Shown: piece after piece, positions 39,735-48,875 of the stretch
Layout of the letters: each line of letters opens with the position of its first letter
Numbering within the stretch: the first letter of the stretch is position 1
Source: Lachnospiraceae bacterium 62-26
GTDB taxonomy: Bacteria > Bacillota > Clostridia > Lachnospirales > Lachnospiraceae
Reading direction: 5' to 3' (one strand)
NCBI GenBank assembly: GCA_041223685.1
Contig: JBCLQR010000015.1
Length of the DNA: 64,000 nucleotides
Position numbers and translations under genes: made by a program
Notes under the pieces: generated by a model
The model's database searches: none
What the model was told of the DNA's origin: nothing
The model's input: the letters and a program-made list of their open reading frames with translations, nothing else

Positions 39735-39761
39735 CTCGAAAAAGTTCAGAATGGAACATGA

Positions 39762-40967
39762 TCATGCCTGCGGTTGTATATCGGAGGCATATCTGTCATA
39801 GTATAGTGATGATTCATCTTCAGTGAGACCAAAATGTTTTTGCAGTTTCATAAGGATTCTTCCCTTGGGGATCTGCTCGTCCAGGTTGTCTAGAATTAAT
39901 GCCTGTATGCCTTCTTCTTTGGCAATCCTGGCTTGTGCTTTAGCGTCCATAGCTTCTTTTTTAATAATTTCAGATTCCTTTTTAATAATTTCAGCTTCTT
40001 CCATAACAATTTCGGCTTCTTTTCTGGCGATTTCAGCCTTTTCTTTAACAATTTCAGCTTCTTTTCTGGCGATTTCAGCTTCCGCTTTAATAGCCTCAAC
40101 TTCTTTCTGGACAGATTTTAGAGCATCATCCCGAACTCCTGCGTGTACGACCTGCTCCAGGCTGCTCATCTGCGTAACCTCCCTCCACAATTCCGCATTG
40201 GCAGAGAAATCGATATATTCTGTTACTGTTGACATAAAGTCCTCTTTATGCGGATACATAATTGCATTCAGGAAACGAAAAAGGTCATATCCATCGTCTT
40301 CCTTACCCCCATTATACACCTCATTGCCTAATTTGATAACTACTAATGTCATCAGATCGTAGTTTTCTCTGGCCACGGAGCCGGGCGAGGTATTCCTGGT
40401 GTTGGTCGTCTCGTAAACGGAAATACTATAGCAGTCCTTCTTTGGGATATCATCCCGGCAGATAAAGATGCTGTAGCATTTGGAGAGAAGGTTGTAATCC
40501 GTGCCTTCATAGGCCAGTGACAGCTGGGAGGACAAACGGCGTGCAAGATAGTAAAATCCCCGCTTTTCAATCGGGTAACCTGGTTTATACGTCTTCTGCG
40601 GTTCCAGATCGATATGCAGGTTGATCTGGATATCTTCTGTAGAGAGCTGGGGATTCCGGGCCTGAAAGGCCAGATCAAAGTTAGTTGTTTTCTCATTGAG
40701 ATGAATGAATTCGGTGTTGCCGCAGCTGACTTTGGTGTTACTCCTTCCCGGCGATACTTCCGTGGTGTTGGTAATGGAATCCGGAACAATAAATTCTTGT
40801 ACTTCCTTTAAACTATATCCTTTGTATTCTGAGACGGTTCCTTTCAAGATAACTGCCAGCACCTCCAAGTGGCGCAGGATTGTTTTGCTTGGAGCGTCCT
40901 TACCGGCCGTGTCTGCGGTAGTCTGCAAAGCGCTAAGGGCAGCAATGCTTCCCTGAAGCTTATCCAT
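39762..40967 (-). CDS. Rpn family recombination-promoting nuclease/putative transposase (PD-(D/E)XK, YhgA-like)
   Basis: 401 aa; N-terminal nuclease-like region, central acidic heptad-like repeats (KEAEIARKEAEIVKEKAEIARKEAEIV), C-terminal ..LILDNLDEQIPKGRILMKLQKHFGL.. tail as in Rpn/Transposase_31 proteins. Confidence 0.6.
   Translation of the reverse strand: MDKLQGSIAALSALQTTADTAGKDAPSKTILRHLEVLAVILKGTVSEYKGYSLKEVQEFIVPDSITNTTEVSPGRSNTKVSCGNTEFIHLNEKTTNFDLAFQARNPQLSTEDIQINLHIDLEPQKTYKPGYPIEKRGFYYLARRLSSQLSLAYEGTDYNLLSKCYSIFICRDDIPKKDCYSISVYETTNTRNTSPGSVARENYDLMTLVVIKLGNEVYNGGKEDDGYDLFRFLNAIMYPHKEDFMSTVTEYIDFSANAELWREVTQMSSLEQVVHAGVRDDALKSVQKEVEAIKAEAEIARKEAEIVKEKAEIARKEAEIVMEEAEIIKKESEIIKKEAMDAKAQARIAKEEGIQALILDNLDEQIPKGRILMKLQKHFGLTEDESSLYYDRYASDIQPQA
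40007..40090. repeat. Two tandem 42-bp units (plus degenerate flanking copies) inside the Rpn-like gene
   Basis: CAATTTC(G/A)GCTTCTTTTCTGGCGATTTCAGC.. repeated at 40007-40048 and 40049-40090; encodes the EAEIxRKEAEI peptide repeats. Confidence 0.7.
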
Positions 40968-41251
40968 GTGATGACCTCCTCCATTCTGTTGAAATGATAT
41001 AAAAATACTGGTAAATCCTATCGAAGTGATATGGGGATACTGTTGAATGCTGTTGAGATGTTCCGGAAATGATGCCGGATGATCAAGAAATCATAAGGCT
41101 GTCTTTCTGTCTTTATAATGAAGTAAAAACCGACGTTTGTCAATGCAAATCCTTCGACATCTTTTGACAAAATCACCAGCCGGCAGACTTCTATATATGA
41201 TAAAAGAGACTGCCTGGAAATGAATCGACAGTCTCAATCTGCGTCCCCTGC

Positions 41252-42040
41252 TTACGAAAGAACATCCATCTTGCAATATCTGCAAAATCCAACTCCGATC
41301 CCGATTATCGTAAACACCAGTCCCGCAGACAGATATTTTACATCCAGACATTGACCTGCAATGATGTCCGCGCTCTCTGTATAGCTGAACGGAGTAATAT
41401 ATTTTACAAAGTCTGCATGATCTGTAAGATTCGCGGCAAGGTTAAGAAAGTAAAGAAGCGCGGCCATGCCAATCCCGATTCCGGCGCCTCCCTGTGTAAG
41501 GAAGGCAGATATCCCGAAGCATACGGAAGCCACCTCGATCTGTAGGATGAAATAAGCAAGGAACAGAAGCAAGATTGGACGGATCTCAGGGGATTCGCCG
41601 ATAGCCCGTATAGATACTGCGGTGATAATGACGGCAAAGAGATTCAGGAACAGGATCTGTAAAAATACGGCAATCAGTTTCCTGCTTAGGATATCCCGCC
41701 GGCTGACCGGATGGGTAAGAAGGAACTCTGCCGTATGTTCCCTGCCTTCTTTGGCGGATATAGAGATGCCAAGGAGAGCCGCGAAAAGGGCGCCCCCAAG
41801 CCCCAGGATATTACCGCATTCCACACCGAAGAATCCTGTGAACTCACCGAAATTAAGCCTGTCCATGCCGAAAGCGGCAGAAAAACTCCCCATCTTGGCG
41901 AATATAGAGCTGACGTCCCCCATCTGCATTTCCATTTCCGGATAGATCAGAATACAGAGGGACAGCATAAATGCGATCACAGCCGTCCATATGAGTAAGG
42001 TGATCCGTCCTTCCTTTAATTCGTGTCTTATCATAACCAT
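41252..42040 (-). CDS. ABC-2 family transporter permease
   Basis: 262 aa, 6 TM helices; downstream of and co-directional with the ABC ATPase. Confidence 0.75.
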   Translation of the reverse strand: MVMIRHELKEGRITLLIWTAVIAFMLSLCILIYPEMEMQMGDVSSIFAKMGSFSAAFGMDRLNFGEFTGFFGVECGNILGLGGALFAALLGISISAKEGREHTAEFLLTHPVSRRDILSRKLIAVFLQILFLNLFAVIITAVSIRAIGESPEIRPILLLFLAYFILQIEVASVCFGISAFLTQGGAGIGIGMAALLYFLNLAANLTDHADFVKYITPFSYTESADIIAGQCLDVKYLSAGLVFTIIGIGVGFCRYCKMDVLS

Positions 42041-42069
42041 GCCAATTTACCTCCCTGATTTTCTTGCCG

Positions 42070-42945
42070 CTATCCATAATAATGCATAAATATTTCCTCC
42101 AGATCCGGTTCGGTGATCGAGGCGTCTGAAAGTGGAAGCGCGGCCAGAGTGTTCAACAGTTCTTTCAGGCTGCCACTGTACAGGAAACTGACAGAATCAC
42201 CGTCAATCTGTAGATCTTTCAGATTCAACAGACTGGACAGACGATCAGATATCCGCCCTGTTCCTCTTAGACGAACCCGCTTTGTATCTGTATGTCCGAG
42301 GTTTTTGGTGCTGTCTAGAGCTAACAGCCTGCCTTCGCGGATTATAGCCGCATGGCGGCAGTACCGCTGGACTTCTGAAAGAATATGAGAGGATACGAAG
42401 ATGGTGGCGCCGTTCTTGCTGCGTTCCTCCAATATAGCATAGAATTCCCTCTGCATCAGCGGATCCAGCCCGCTTGTCGGCTCATCCAGGATACAGAGCC
42501 TGGGCATATGCTGGAGTGCGCAGACGATGGATACTTTCTTGCGGTTGCCAAGAGACAGCTCGTGGATTTTCCTGTTTACGTCAAGTTCCAGACGTTCACA
42601 GAGCGTTTGGGCTTCTGCGCGGCAATCCTTGCGACGAAGATCCGCTGAGAATTTTATCACATCCCGAACCCGCATATTGCGGTAGAAAGAGGCTTCTGAC
42701 GGCATGTATCCGACATGGGAGAGTATGGTCTCCTTCTGGCGGGAGATATCCATCCCGAGAACCTGCGCACTTCCAGAAGATGGTGCGATCAGGCCCAGAA
42801 GAATGCGGATGGTGGTGCTCTTGCCGGCGCCGTTCGGCCCGATAAATCCAAAGAAATCGCCCTGTTCCACCGTCAGGTTCATGTCCGTGATACCCCGTGC
42901 CCTGCCATAATATTTAGTGAGTGAGTTGGTTCTTATTGCGTCCAT
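42070..42945 (-). CDS. ABC transporter ATP-binding protein
   Basis: 291 aa; Walker A GPNGAGKST, signature LSLGNRKKVS, Walker B LCILDEP. Confidence 0.9.
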   Translation of the reverse strand: MDAIRTNSLTKYYGRARGITDMNLTVEQGDFFGFIGPNGAGKSTTIRILLGLIAPSSGSAQVLGMDISRQKETILSHVGYMPSEASFYRNMRVRDVIKFSADLRRKDCRAEAQTLCERLELDVNRKIHELSLGNRKKVSIVCALQHMPRLCILDEPTSGLDPLMQREFYAILEERSKNGATIFVSSHILSEVQRYCRHAAIIREGRLLALDSTKNLGHTDTKRVRLRGTGRISDRLSSLLNLKDLQIDGDSVSFLYSGSLKELLNTLAALPLSDASITEPDLEEIFMHYYG

Positions 42946-42973
42946 CCTATATTAATGCCTCCTTCCTCTTATG

Positions 42974-43071
42974 AAGATTTCCGTGGATACGCATTCTTCC
43001 AGAAGTTCACACTATCCGAAGTCAATTCATACCTCTATCAAGATTTCCGCAGATACACATTCTTCCAGAAG
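42974..43071. repeat. Imperfect 32-bp direct repeat (29/32), one copy intergenic, one inside the 3' end of the TetR gene
   Basis: AAGATTTCCGTGGATACGCATTCTTCCAGAAG (42974-43005) vs AAGATTTCCGCAGATACACATTCTTCCAGAAG (43040-43071); explains the artefactual + strand ORF 42955..43149. Confidence 0.6.
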
Positions 43072-43652
43072 GCCAGCATCTCCGAGAAGTCCTTCTTTAG
43101 TACGTCAGCCGTCAGGACACCGCCCTGCTGTGAGATCTCCCACAGATAGCCGACGGACATTAAGTAGATCTGCCGGTGCATCATCTTAAGATCCAGCCCG
43201 GGAACAAAGTCTTCCGGGTTAAGCTTTTCGAGAGCATTCTCCGCTTTCAGGTCAAAATGCCGGCGGTAACTCATCTGGATGTCCTCACAGATGGAGGCAT
43301 CCTTTTCGTAGAAAGCCTTTATGGCGAATACAGCCATGTCCGGATAACGACACATGATCTGGATCTTTGCATACATACCCCGCTTTATCATCTCAAATAA
43401 ATCTGTAGAGTCGTAACAGTGATACAAGTTAAGATATTCCATTGTGACGTCCGCCGCCTTGTTCCACAGGAACAGATACAGGTCCTTCTTGTTGCGGAAG
43501 TAATAGAATAAGAGGGATTTGCTGATCCCCGCCTCGTCCGCAATCTCCTGCATGGGGCTTTTTTTGTAGGAATTCTGTGAAAATACACGGAAGCCTGCAT
43601 TGATGATCCGCTGCTGCTTATCCGGCGGAAGGATAAAAAATCGTTCGTTCAT
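43038..43652 (-). CDS. TetR/AcrR family transcriptional regulator
   Basis: 204 aa; N-terminal HTH (QEIADEAGISKSLLFYYFRNKKDLY); immediately upstream of the ABC-2 exporter operon on the same strand. Confidence 0.85.
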   Translation of the reverse strand: MNERFFILPPDKQQRIINAGFRVFSQNSYKKSPMQEIADEAGISKSLLFYYFRNKKDLYLFLWNKAADVTMEYLNLYHCYDSTDLFEMIKRGMYAKIQIMCRYPDMAVFAIKAFYEKDASICEDIQMSYRRHFDLKAENALEKLNPEDFVPGLDLKMMHRQIYLMSVGYLWEISQQGGVLTADVLKKDFSEMLAFWKNVYLRKS

Positions 43653-43756
43653 GGGAATGCCTCGCTGACTATAATGGTCAATGGGTTATATGTATCATTA
43701 TACTCCATTGACCATTTTTGAGAAGACCGTTTGACTGAGAAAGTATGAAGAGGATC

Positions 43757-44617
43757 CTATTCTGATTTTATAGATGAATACATGGCCACACTTAAGATGA
43801 CAGCCCCGCCGATCAGTTCCCTTACGCTGGGGATTTCCCCGAGGAAGAGAAGGGCATAGACGATCCCGTACACCGTCTCCATTCCTGATACGATCCCGGC
43901 AGTCTGAGCCCGGACGCTCTTCTGGGCGGATATATAGAGGGAATGTGCGAAGGCCGTGCAGATGAATCCCACGAACGCAACTCCTGCAATATCCTGTATC
44001 CGCCAGGAAGCCTCCACGAGAAACAATGCCGGAAGAAGCACGATGGCGGCGCTTCCCTGTTCGTACAGGCATATGGTGCGGGCGGCGTACCGCGCGGAGA
44101 AATACCGGTTGGCAAGTGTCAGGACCGCATAGGTGAAGCTTGAGATCATTCCCCATATGATGCCGATCGTCGTATGATTGGCCATGGAAAATTCCGGGAT
44201 CGTGATGAGCACGCCGATAAACAGCACGACGGCGCTTGTGATACTCTGTTTTCGCAGTCTCTCATGGAATATAAGGGGTTCCAGAAAGGTCAGGAACAGT
44301 GGAAATGTGGAAAATGTGATCGTACCGATGGCCACCGTTGATACCTGTATGGACTGGAAGAATGTGGTCCAGTGTGCGGCCATGACTACGCCCGTCAGGA
44401 CGATCATGCCATAATCCTTCTTAGAATTCAGGCTCAGCCTGTCTTTTTTGAATACTGCGATCAAAAACAGCAGGATGGAGGAGCAGATTACTCGTCCAAG
44501 GGCGGTCAGGACCGCGGGTATCTCTACGAACTGTGCGGCGACGCCGGCCAGCCCGAAGAGCATTACTGCAATGTGCAGGTACAGGATATTTCTGTCAAAT
44601 GATTCACGTATATGCAT
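43757..44617 (-). CDS. DMT superfamily (EamA/RhaT-like) transporter
   Basis: 286 aa, 10 TM in two EamA-like halves. Confidence 0.8.
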   Translation of the reverse strand: MHIRESFDRNILYLHIAVMLFGLAGVAAQFVEIPAVLTALGRVICSSILLFLIAVFKKDRLSLNSKKDYGMIVLTGVVMAAHWTTFFQSIQVSTVAIGTITFSTFPLFLTFLEPLIFHERLRKQSITSAVVLFIGVLITIPEFSMANHTTIGIIWGMISSFTYAVLTLANRYFSARYAARTICLYEQGSAAIVLLPALFLVEASWRIQDIAGVAFVGFICTAFAHSLYISAQKSVRAQTAGIVSGMETVYGIVYALLFLGEIPSVRELIGGAVILSVAMYSSIKSE

Positions 44618-44792
44618 GAGTATGGATTTCCTCTCTGGTAAATATTGTTTTTCTCTACATATCAGATTATAAAGGATATTCTTATAAGGTCAATGTTTTT
44701 TTTGATTAAGTTTGAAGATACGAAAAGCATCCTGTATAATAAAAAAAGACACAGATAAATCAGCAACAGGAGCATACAGAGAAGGAGAGGAT

Positions 44793-46484
44793 ATGGAATT
44801 AATCATTCTTGCAATTGGAGCGGTATTTGCGATACTTTCAGGGTATCTGTACAATCTATATTTAAGAAGAAAACGGATTCAGGATATACTTCTGAGAAGA
44901 TTTGGGACCAAACCAGAGTATAAGGAATATGATTTTGACAGGATAAAGATACTCTGGGAAGAAACCAGAGTGACGGGATGTCCGGGGAACATAGATGATA
45001 TAACCTGGAATGATCTTGAGATGGATAAGGTGTTTGCAAGGATTAACGGGTGCTGTTCGTTTGCAGGGGAACAGTATCTGTATCGAAGTTTAAGAACGCT
45101 TTGCTTTGACCGCTCAAAGAGGGAGGCTCTGGAAAGAAAGATATCATATATGGAGAGTGACCGGGAGGGAAGAACGGATATACAGAAGAAGCTGTTATGT
45201 ATAGGCAAAAGGGAAAATAGTTATCACGTGTCATCCTTTTTAAACGATCTGGACAGTTTTAAGCTTGATCGGAGCTGGATTTATTATACTTTGCAGCTCC
45301 TGCTGTTTCTTGCGATCGCATCAAGTATGATTTTCAGGCATATTTATGCTTACGCTTTTCTCGGTATTATTTTCCTGGTCAATATGAATGTCTATGCGTT
45401 GATGAAGAACAGATATGAGACGAATATAGATCTGATCACAGCGTTGCAGAACGTTCTTACGATCAGCAGGAAGCTTGCAGGCAATAAAGAGCCTGTCGTG
45501 TCCGGTATATTTAAAGAGAATCTGTCAGTGCTCCATAAATTGTTAAAGCCGATGTCGTTCGTCAACGGAAGACATCAAAGAGAATATTCCGCAGATTTTA
45601 TGGAGCTGTGTGGGATGTATGTGACGGGTGCGTTCTTATTCGATTTTGTGCTGTATAATCGGATACTGTCGGATCTTAAGGAGCATCTGTCGGTCGTATA
45701 TGAGCTTTTGGATGGCGTGGGAGAACTGGAGCTGGCGGTTTCGGCGGCGTCTTTTCGAAAGAGCCTGCCGTTATACTGCGTTCCGAAGATCTGTAAGGAG
45801 GGCGGGATTTGTTACGAGGAGATGTATAATCCGCTGTTGGATAAGCCGGTCTATAATGATTTCAGCCTGAACGGACACTGTATTATCACAGGCTCCAATG
45901 CGTCGGGGAAATCTACTTTCATTAAGGCGGCTGCGATCAATGAGATACTGGCCATGAGCATACATACCTGTGCCGCGAAGACGGCGCGGGTATCAGAGGC
46001 GGAGGTCTATACATCCATGGCGGTACGGGATGATCTGCTGGCAGGCGAGAGTTACTTTGTGAGAGAAATAAAGTCGTTGCAGAGAATCATAGAAGTGATT
46101 GACCAGGGAAGATTTGTCATAGCGGTCATAGACGAAATCTTACGCGGAACGAATAACAGGGAACGGATCTTCGCCTCGTCGGCGATACTAAAATACCTGG
46201 AAGATAAAAACTGTATGGTGATCGTCGCGTCTCACGATGTGGAACTGATCGATCTGCTGGGAAGCGAAAGATATGCAAATTACTTTTTCTGTGAACAGGC
46301 AGAAGAAGAGGAGGTAATATTTGATTATAAGATACATCTTGGGATCTGTGAGCAGAGTAACGCAATAAAGCTGCTCGGCTGTTTTGGATTTCCCGAAAGA
46401 ATTGTGGAGGATGCGAATGGATATCTCCGTGAATATCAGGACAAGGAAAAAAACGCGGGTAGTGTCTGCGGGCTGCTCTTCTGA
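44793..46484 (+). CDS. Membrane-anchored MutS domain V-type ABC ATPase (MutS-related protein without mismatch-binding domain)
   Basis: Start ATG 44793 (MELIILAIGAV.., RBS GAAGGAGAGG); 2-4 TM helices then MutS ATPase motifs GSNASGKSTFIKAAAINEIL, VIDEILRGTN, VIVASHD. Confidence 0.75.
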   Translation: MELIILAIGAVFAILSGYLYNLYLRRKRIQDILLRRFGTKPEYKEYDFDRIKILWEETRVTGCPGNIDDITWNDLEMDKVFARINGCCSFAGEQYLYRSLRTLCFDRSKREALERKISYMESDREGRTDIQKKLLCIGKRENSYHVSSFLNDLDSFKLDRSWIYYTLQLLLFLAIASSMIFRHIYAYAFLGIIFLVNMNVYALMKNRYETNIDLITALQNVLTISRKLAGNKEPVVSGIFKENLSVLHKLLKPMSFVNGRHQREYSADFMELCGMYVTGAFLFDFVLYNRILSDLKEHLSVVYELLDGVGELELAVSAASFRKSLPLYCVPKICKEGGICYEEMYNPLLDKPVYNDFSLNGHCIITGSNASGKSTFIKAAAINEILAMSIHTCAAKTARVSEAEVYTSMAVRDDLLAGESYFVREIKSLQRIIEVIDQGRFVIAVIDEILRGTNNRERIFASSAILKYLEDKNCMVIVASHDVELIDLLGSERYANYFFCEQAEEEEVIFDYKIHLGICEQSNAIKLLGCFGFPERIVEDANGYLREYQDKEKNAGSVCGLLF

Positions 46485-46924
46485 AAATACCTGCTGAAAT
46501 ACAAGGGCTTCTCGAATTCGCACAGCGCTCATGCAAAGCCCCGAAACCAGGCCCTTTAGGGGAAGGTTTCGGGCAAAAAAAACAGTCGTGCAATGTAAAA
46601 AAACTTCACTTCACTGGCAATCTATGGTATATTAATTATAATCTGTCGTCCAATTTGGCACGGCGCATAACTAACTCCTATTAGTGTACTGTCTGACTAA
46701 TATGTAGGCAAATCTCCTTGCCTATCTTCCTGATAGCACTATATTAAAAGCCCTGACGAAACCCCCGGCGCTGTCAAGCGTCTGCGGTGCTTTTTTAGTG
46801 AGGACCAAAACGGAGTGTAAAACTGCGTTTGTGAGACAGGACTTTCAGAAAAAGATCCTGAATGCTGTTCTTAAGCGGGAATGGTCTGGATCGCAAATAT
46901 CATTATATATCAGGAGTGAAATAT

Positions 46925-48595
46925 ATGGCATCTTTCGTACACAAAGGAAACGACAAGCAGAAGATTAAACGGATTGGCCGCAAGGTGGGAAACCTGGTTG
47001 CGGCGATGTTGGGCGTGAGCATCACCCTTGTTGTGGTGCTGTGTGTGCTGATGTTTTACCGGCTCACGATGTCCATGATGCAGAAGGAATGCGTAAGCGG
47101 CACGAATGTGCTGGCTTATGAGCTGGCCGCCTATTCCGGCAACGATGATAAGACGGAGTTATTAGATGAGCTCAAGAAGGAGATGGGGTGTGAGTTTACC
47201 ATTTTTCACGGGGACGAACGGGCGTACACCACCATTTTGCAGAACAAAGAGAGAGCCGTGGGCACCCGTCTTTCCGGCGAGATTGCAGAGATAGTGCTGG
47301 AAAAAGGGGAAGAATACGTGGGGCAGGCTGTTATTCTGGGAGAAAAGCATCTATGCTCATATGTTCCTACATACGATGCCGACGGTCAGATCGACGGCCT
47401 GATCTTTGCCGGGATCTCCATGTCTTCGGCGATGAGACAGATTGGACTGACGGTCGTGCTGTCCTGCCTGGCCGGAGTCGTGCTGATCATTATTGGGATT
47501 TTGATCATTGGAGCCTATATAAAGAGAACGGTTTCCAGCCCGCTCTTCCGCCTGACCATATTGGCGCAGACACTGGAGCAGGGAGATCTGGGGCTGAATC
47601 AGCATCAGACTATGCTGGGCGGGATCGAATCTGACGATGAAATCGGAGTATTGTCTAGAAGTTTCGACAATACCATCTGCCGTCTGAGAGATTATATCGG
47701 AGAGATATCGAATATGCTGGAGGCCATCGCAAGCGGCGATCTGACGGCGCAGACCACCCATGATTATGTCGGTGATTTTTCGTCTATCCGTACATCTCTC
47801 GACGACATTCTTCAGAGACTTAATGCCACAATGGGACAGATTGTCACCAGCGCGGAGCATGTATCCGGCGGGGCAGAGCAGATGTCAACTGCCTCACAGG
47901 CTCTCAGCCAGGGTTCTACAGAGCAGACCTGTGCCGTGGAGGAATTAGAGGAGACCATCCGCTCCGTCACAAACAGCGTCAAGCAGACGGCGGAAAATGT
48001 CCAGCGTGCGCGGGAGCAGGTTGGCGGAATGGGACGTCAGCTTGCCGAGGGAAATCAGAAGATGCAGGAAATGATAACTGCTATGGATGAGATTACCGAC
48101 AGTTCTAATGAGATTGAGAAGATTATCAAGACGATTGAGGATATCGCTTTCCAGACCAATATCCTGGCGCTTAATGCCGCTGTGGAGGCGGCACGTGTCG
48201 GTGCGGCGGGTAAGGGTTTTGCCGTGGTTGCCGACGAGGTCCGCAACCTGGCGGCCAAGAGTGCGGAAGCCTCGCAATCCACTTCGGCGTTGATCGGGCG
48301 GTCCATTGCCGCGGTGAATCAGGGGACACAGATCGCGGACGCTACGGCGAAGCAGCTGGAGAGCGTAGTGGCGGGCGCGTCTGAGATTGTGGAAACCATT
48401 AACGGGATTGCCGCAGATGCGCAAACCCAGGCAGGAGCGGTGGAACAGATCCAGGATCAGATCGGCCAGATCACAAGTGTGGTGCAGACCACATCCTCTA
48501 CGGCAGAGGAGAGCGCGGCCACCAGCCAGGAACTCAGCGCTCAGGCCGGCGTATTGAAGCAGCTGGTCAGAGCATTCAATCTCCGTCAGAAATAA
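46925..48595 (+). CDS. Methyl-accepting chemotaxis protein (Cache-like sensor, HAMP, MCP signalling domain)
   Basis: Start ATG 46925 (MASFVHK, RBS CAGGAGTGAA); two TM, HAMP, highly conserved signalling hairpin (..[43 protein letters not shown]..). Confidence 0.9.
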   Translation: MASFVHKGNDKQKIKRIGRKVGNLVAAMLGVSITLVVVLCVLMFYRLTMSMMQKECVSGTNVLAYELAAYSGNDDKTELLDELKKEMGCEFTIFHGDERAYTTILQNKERAVGTRLSGEIAEIVLEKGEEYVGQAVILGEKHLCSYVPTYDADGQIDGLIFAGISMSSAMRQIGLTVVLSCLAGVVLIIIGILIIGAYIKRTVSSPLFRLTILAQTLEQGDLGLNQHQTMLGGIESDDEIGVLSRSFDNTICRLRDYIGEISNMLEAIASGDLTAQTTHDYVGDFSSIRTSLDDILQRLNATMGQIVTSAEHVSGGAEQMSTASQALSQGSTEQTCAVEELEETIRSVTNSVKQTAENVQRAREQVGGMGRQLAEGNQKMQEMITAMDEITDSSNEIEKIIKTIEDIAFQTNILALNAAVEAARVGAAGKGFAVVADEVRNLAAKSAEASQSTSALIGRSIAAVNQGTQIADATAKQLESVVAGASEIVETINGIAADAQTQAGAVEQIQDQIGQITSVVQTTSSTAEESAATSQELSAQAGVLKQLVRAFNLRQK

Positions 48596-48611
48596 ATAAC
48601 GAAGAGGTTGT

Positions 48612-48692
48612 TGTAAAACGGCGGGTTTTTACAATATATGGTATGAATACGAGGGTATTTGCGCCTATATATTGTAAAAACCCGCCGTTTTC
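48612..48692. terminator. 25-bp perfect inverted repeat flanking a 27-nt loop, 17 nt after the MCP stop; T-rich downstream
   Basis: AAAACGGCGGGTTTTTACAATATAT (48615-48639) and its exact reverse complement (48667-48691); each arm also contains a small AAAAC-GGCGG-GTTTT hairpin. Confidence 0.5.
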
Positions 48693-48744
48693 TCATGGCT
48701 TCCTGGATTTTTATAAAAGGGTTTTATATTTCTTTTTTTACTCC

Positions 48745-48773
48745 TTGAGAAATACCAGAATATTAAGTATAAT
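48745..48773 (+). promoter_or_regulatory. Putative sigma-A promoter (TTGAGA-17-TATAAT) for the malic enzyme gene
   Basis: TTGAGA 48745-48750, 17-nt spacer, TATAAT 48768-48773. Confidence 0.4.
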
Positions 48774-48875
48774 GAGAAGGATACTATCAGCCGGAATGAA
48801 TGATGATGTGAACAGCAGACGGTACGGATAGAAGCGATAAGTCTGGCAGGAAAATCAATTAAGGAGGATATAAAC

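Noticed and set aside
42955-43149. 64-aa + strand ORF with repeated YEDFRGYAFFQK / YQDFRRYTFFQK peptide
   Set aside because: Artefact of the 32-bp direct repeat; overlaps the TetR gene on the other strand and has no RBS.
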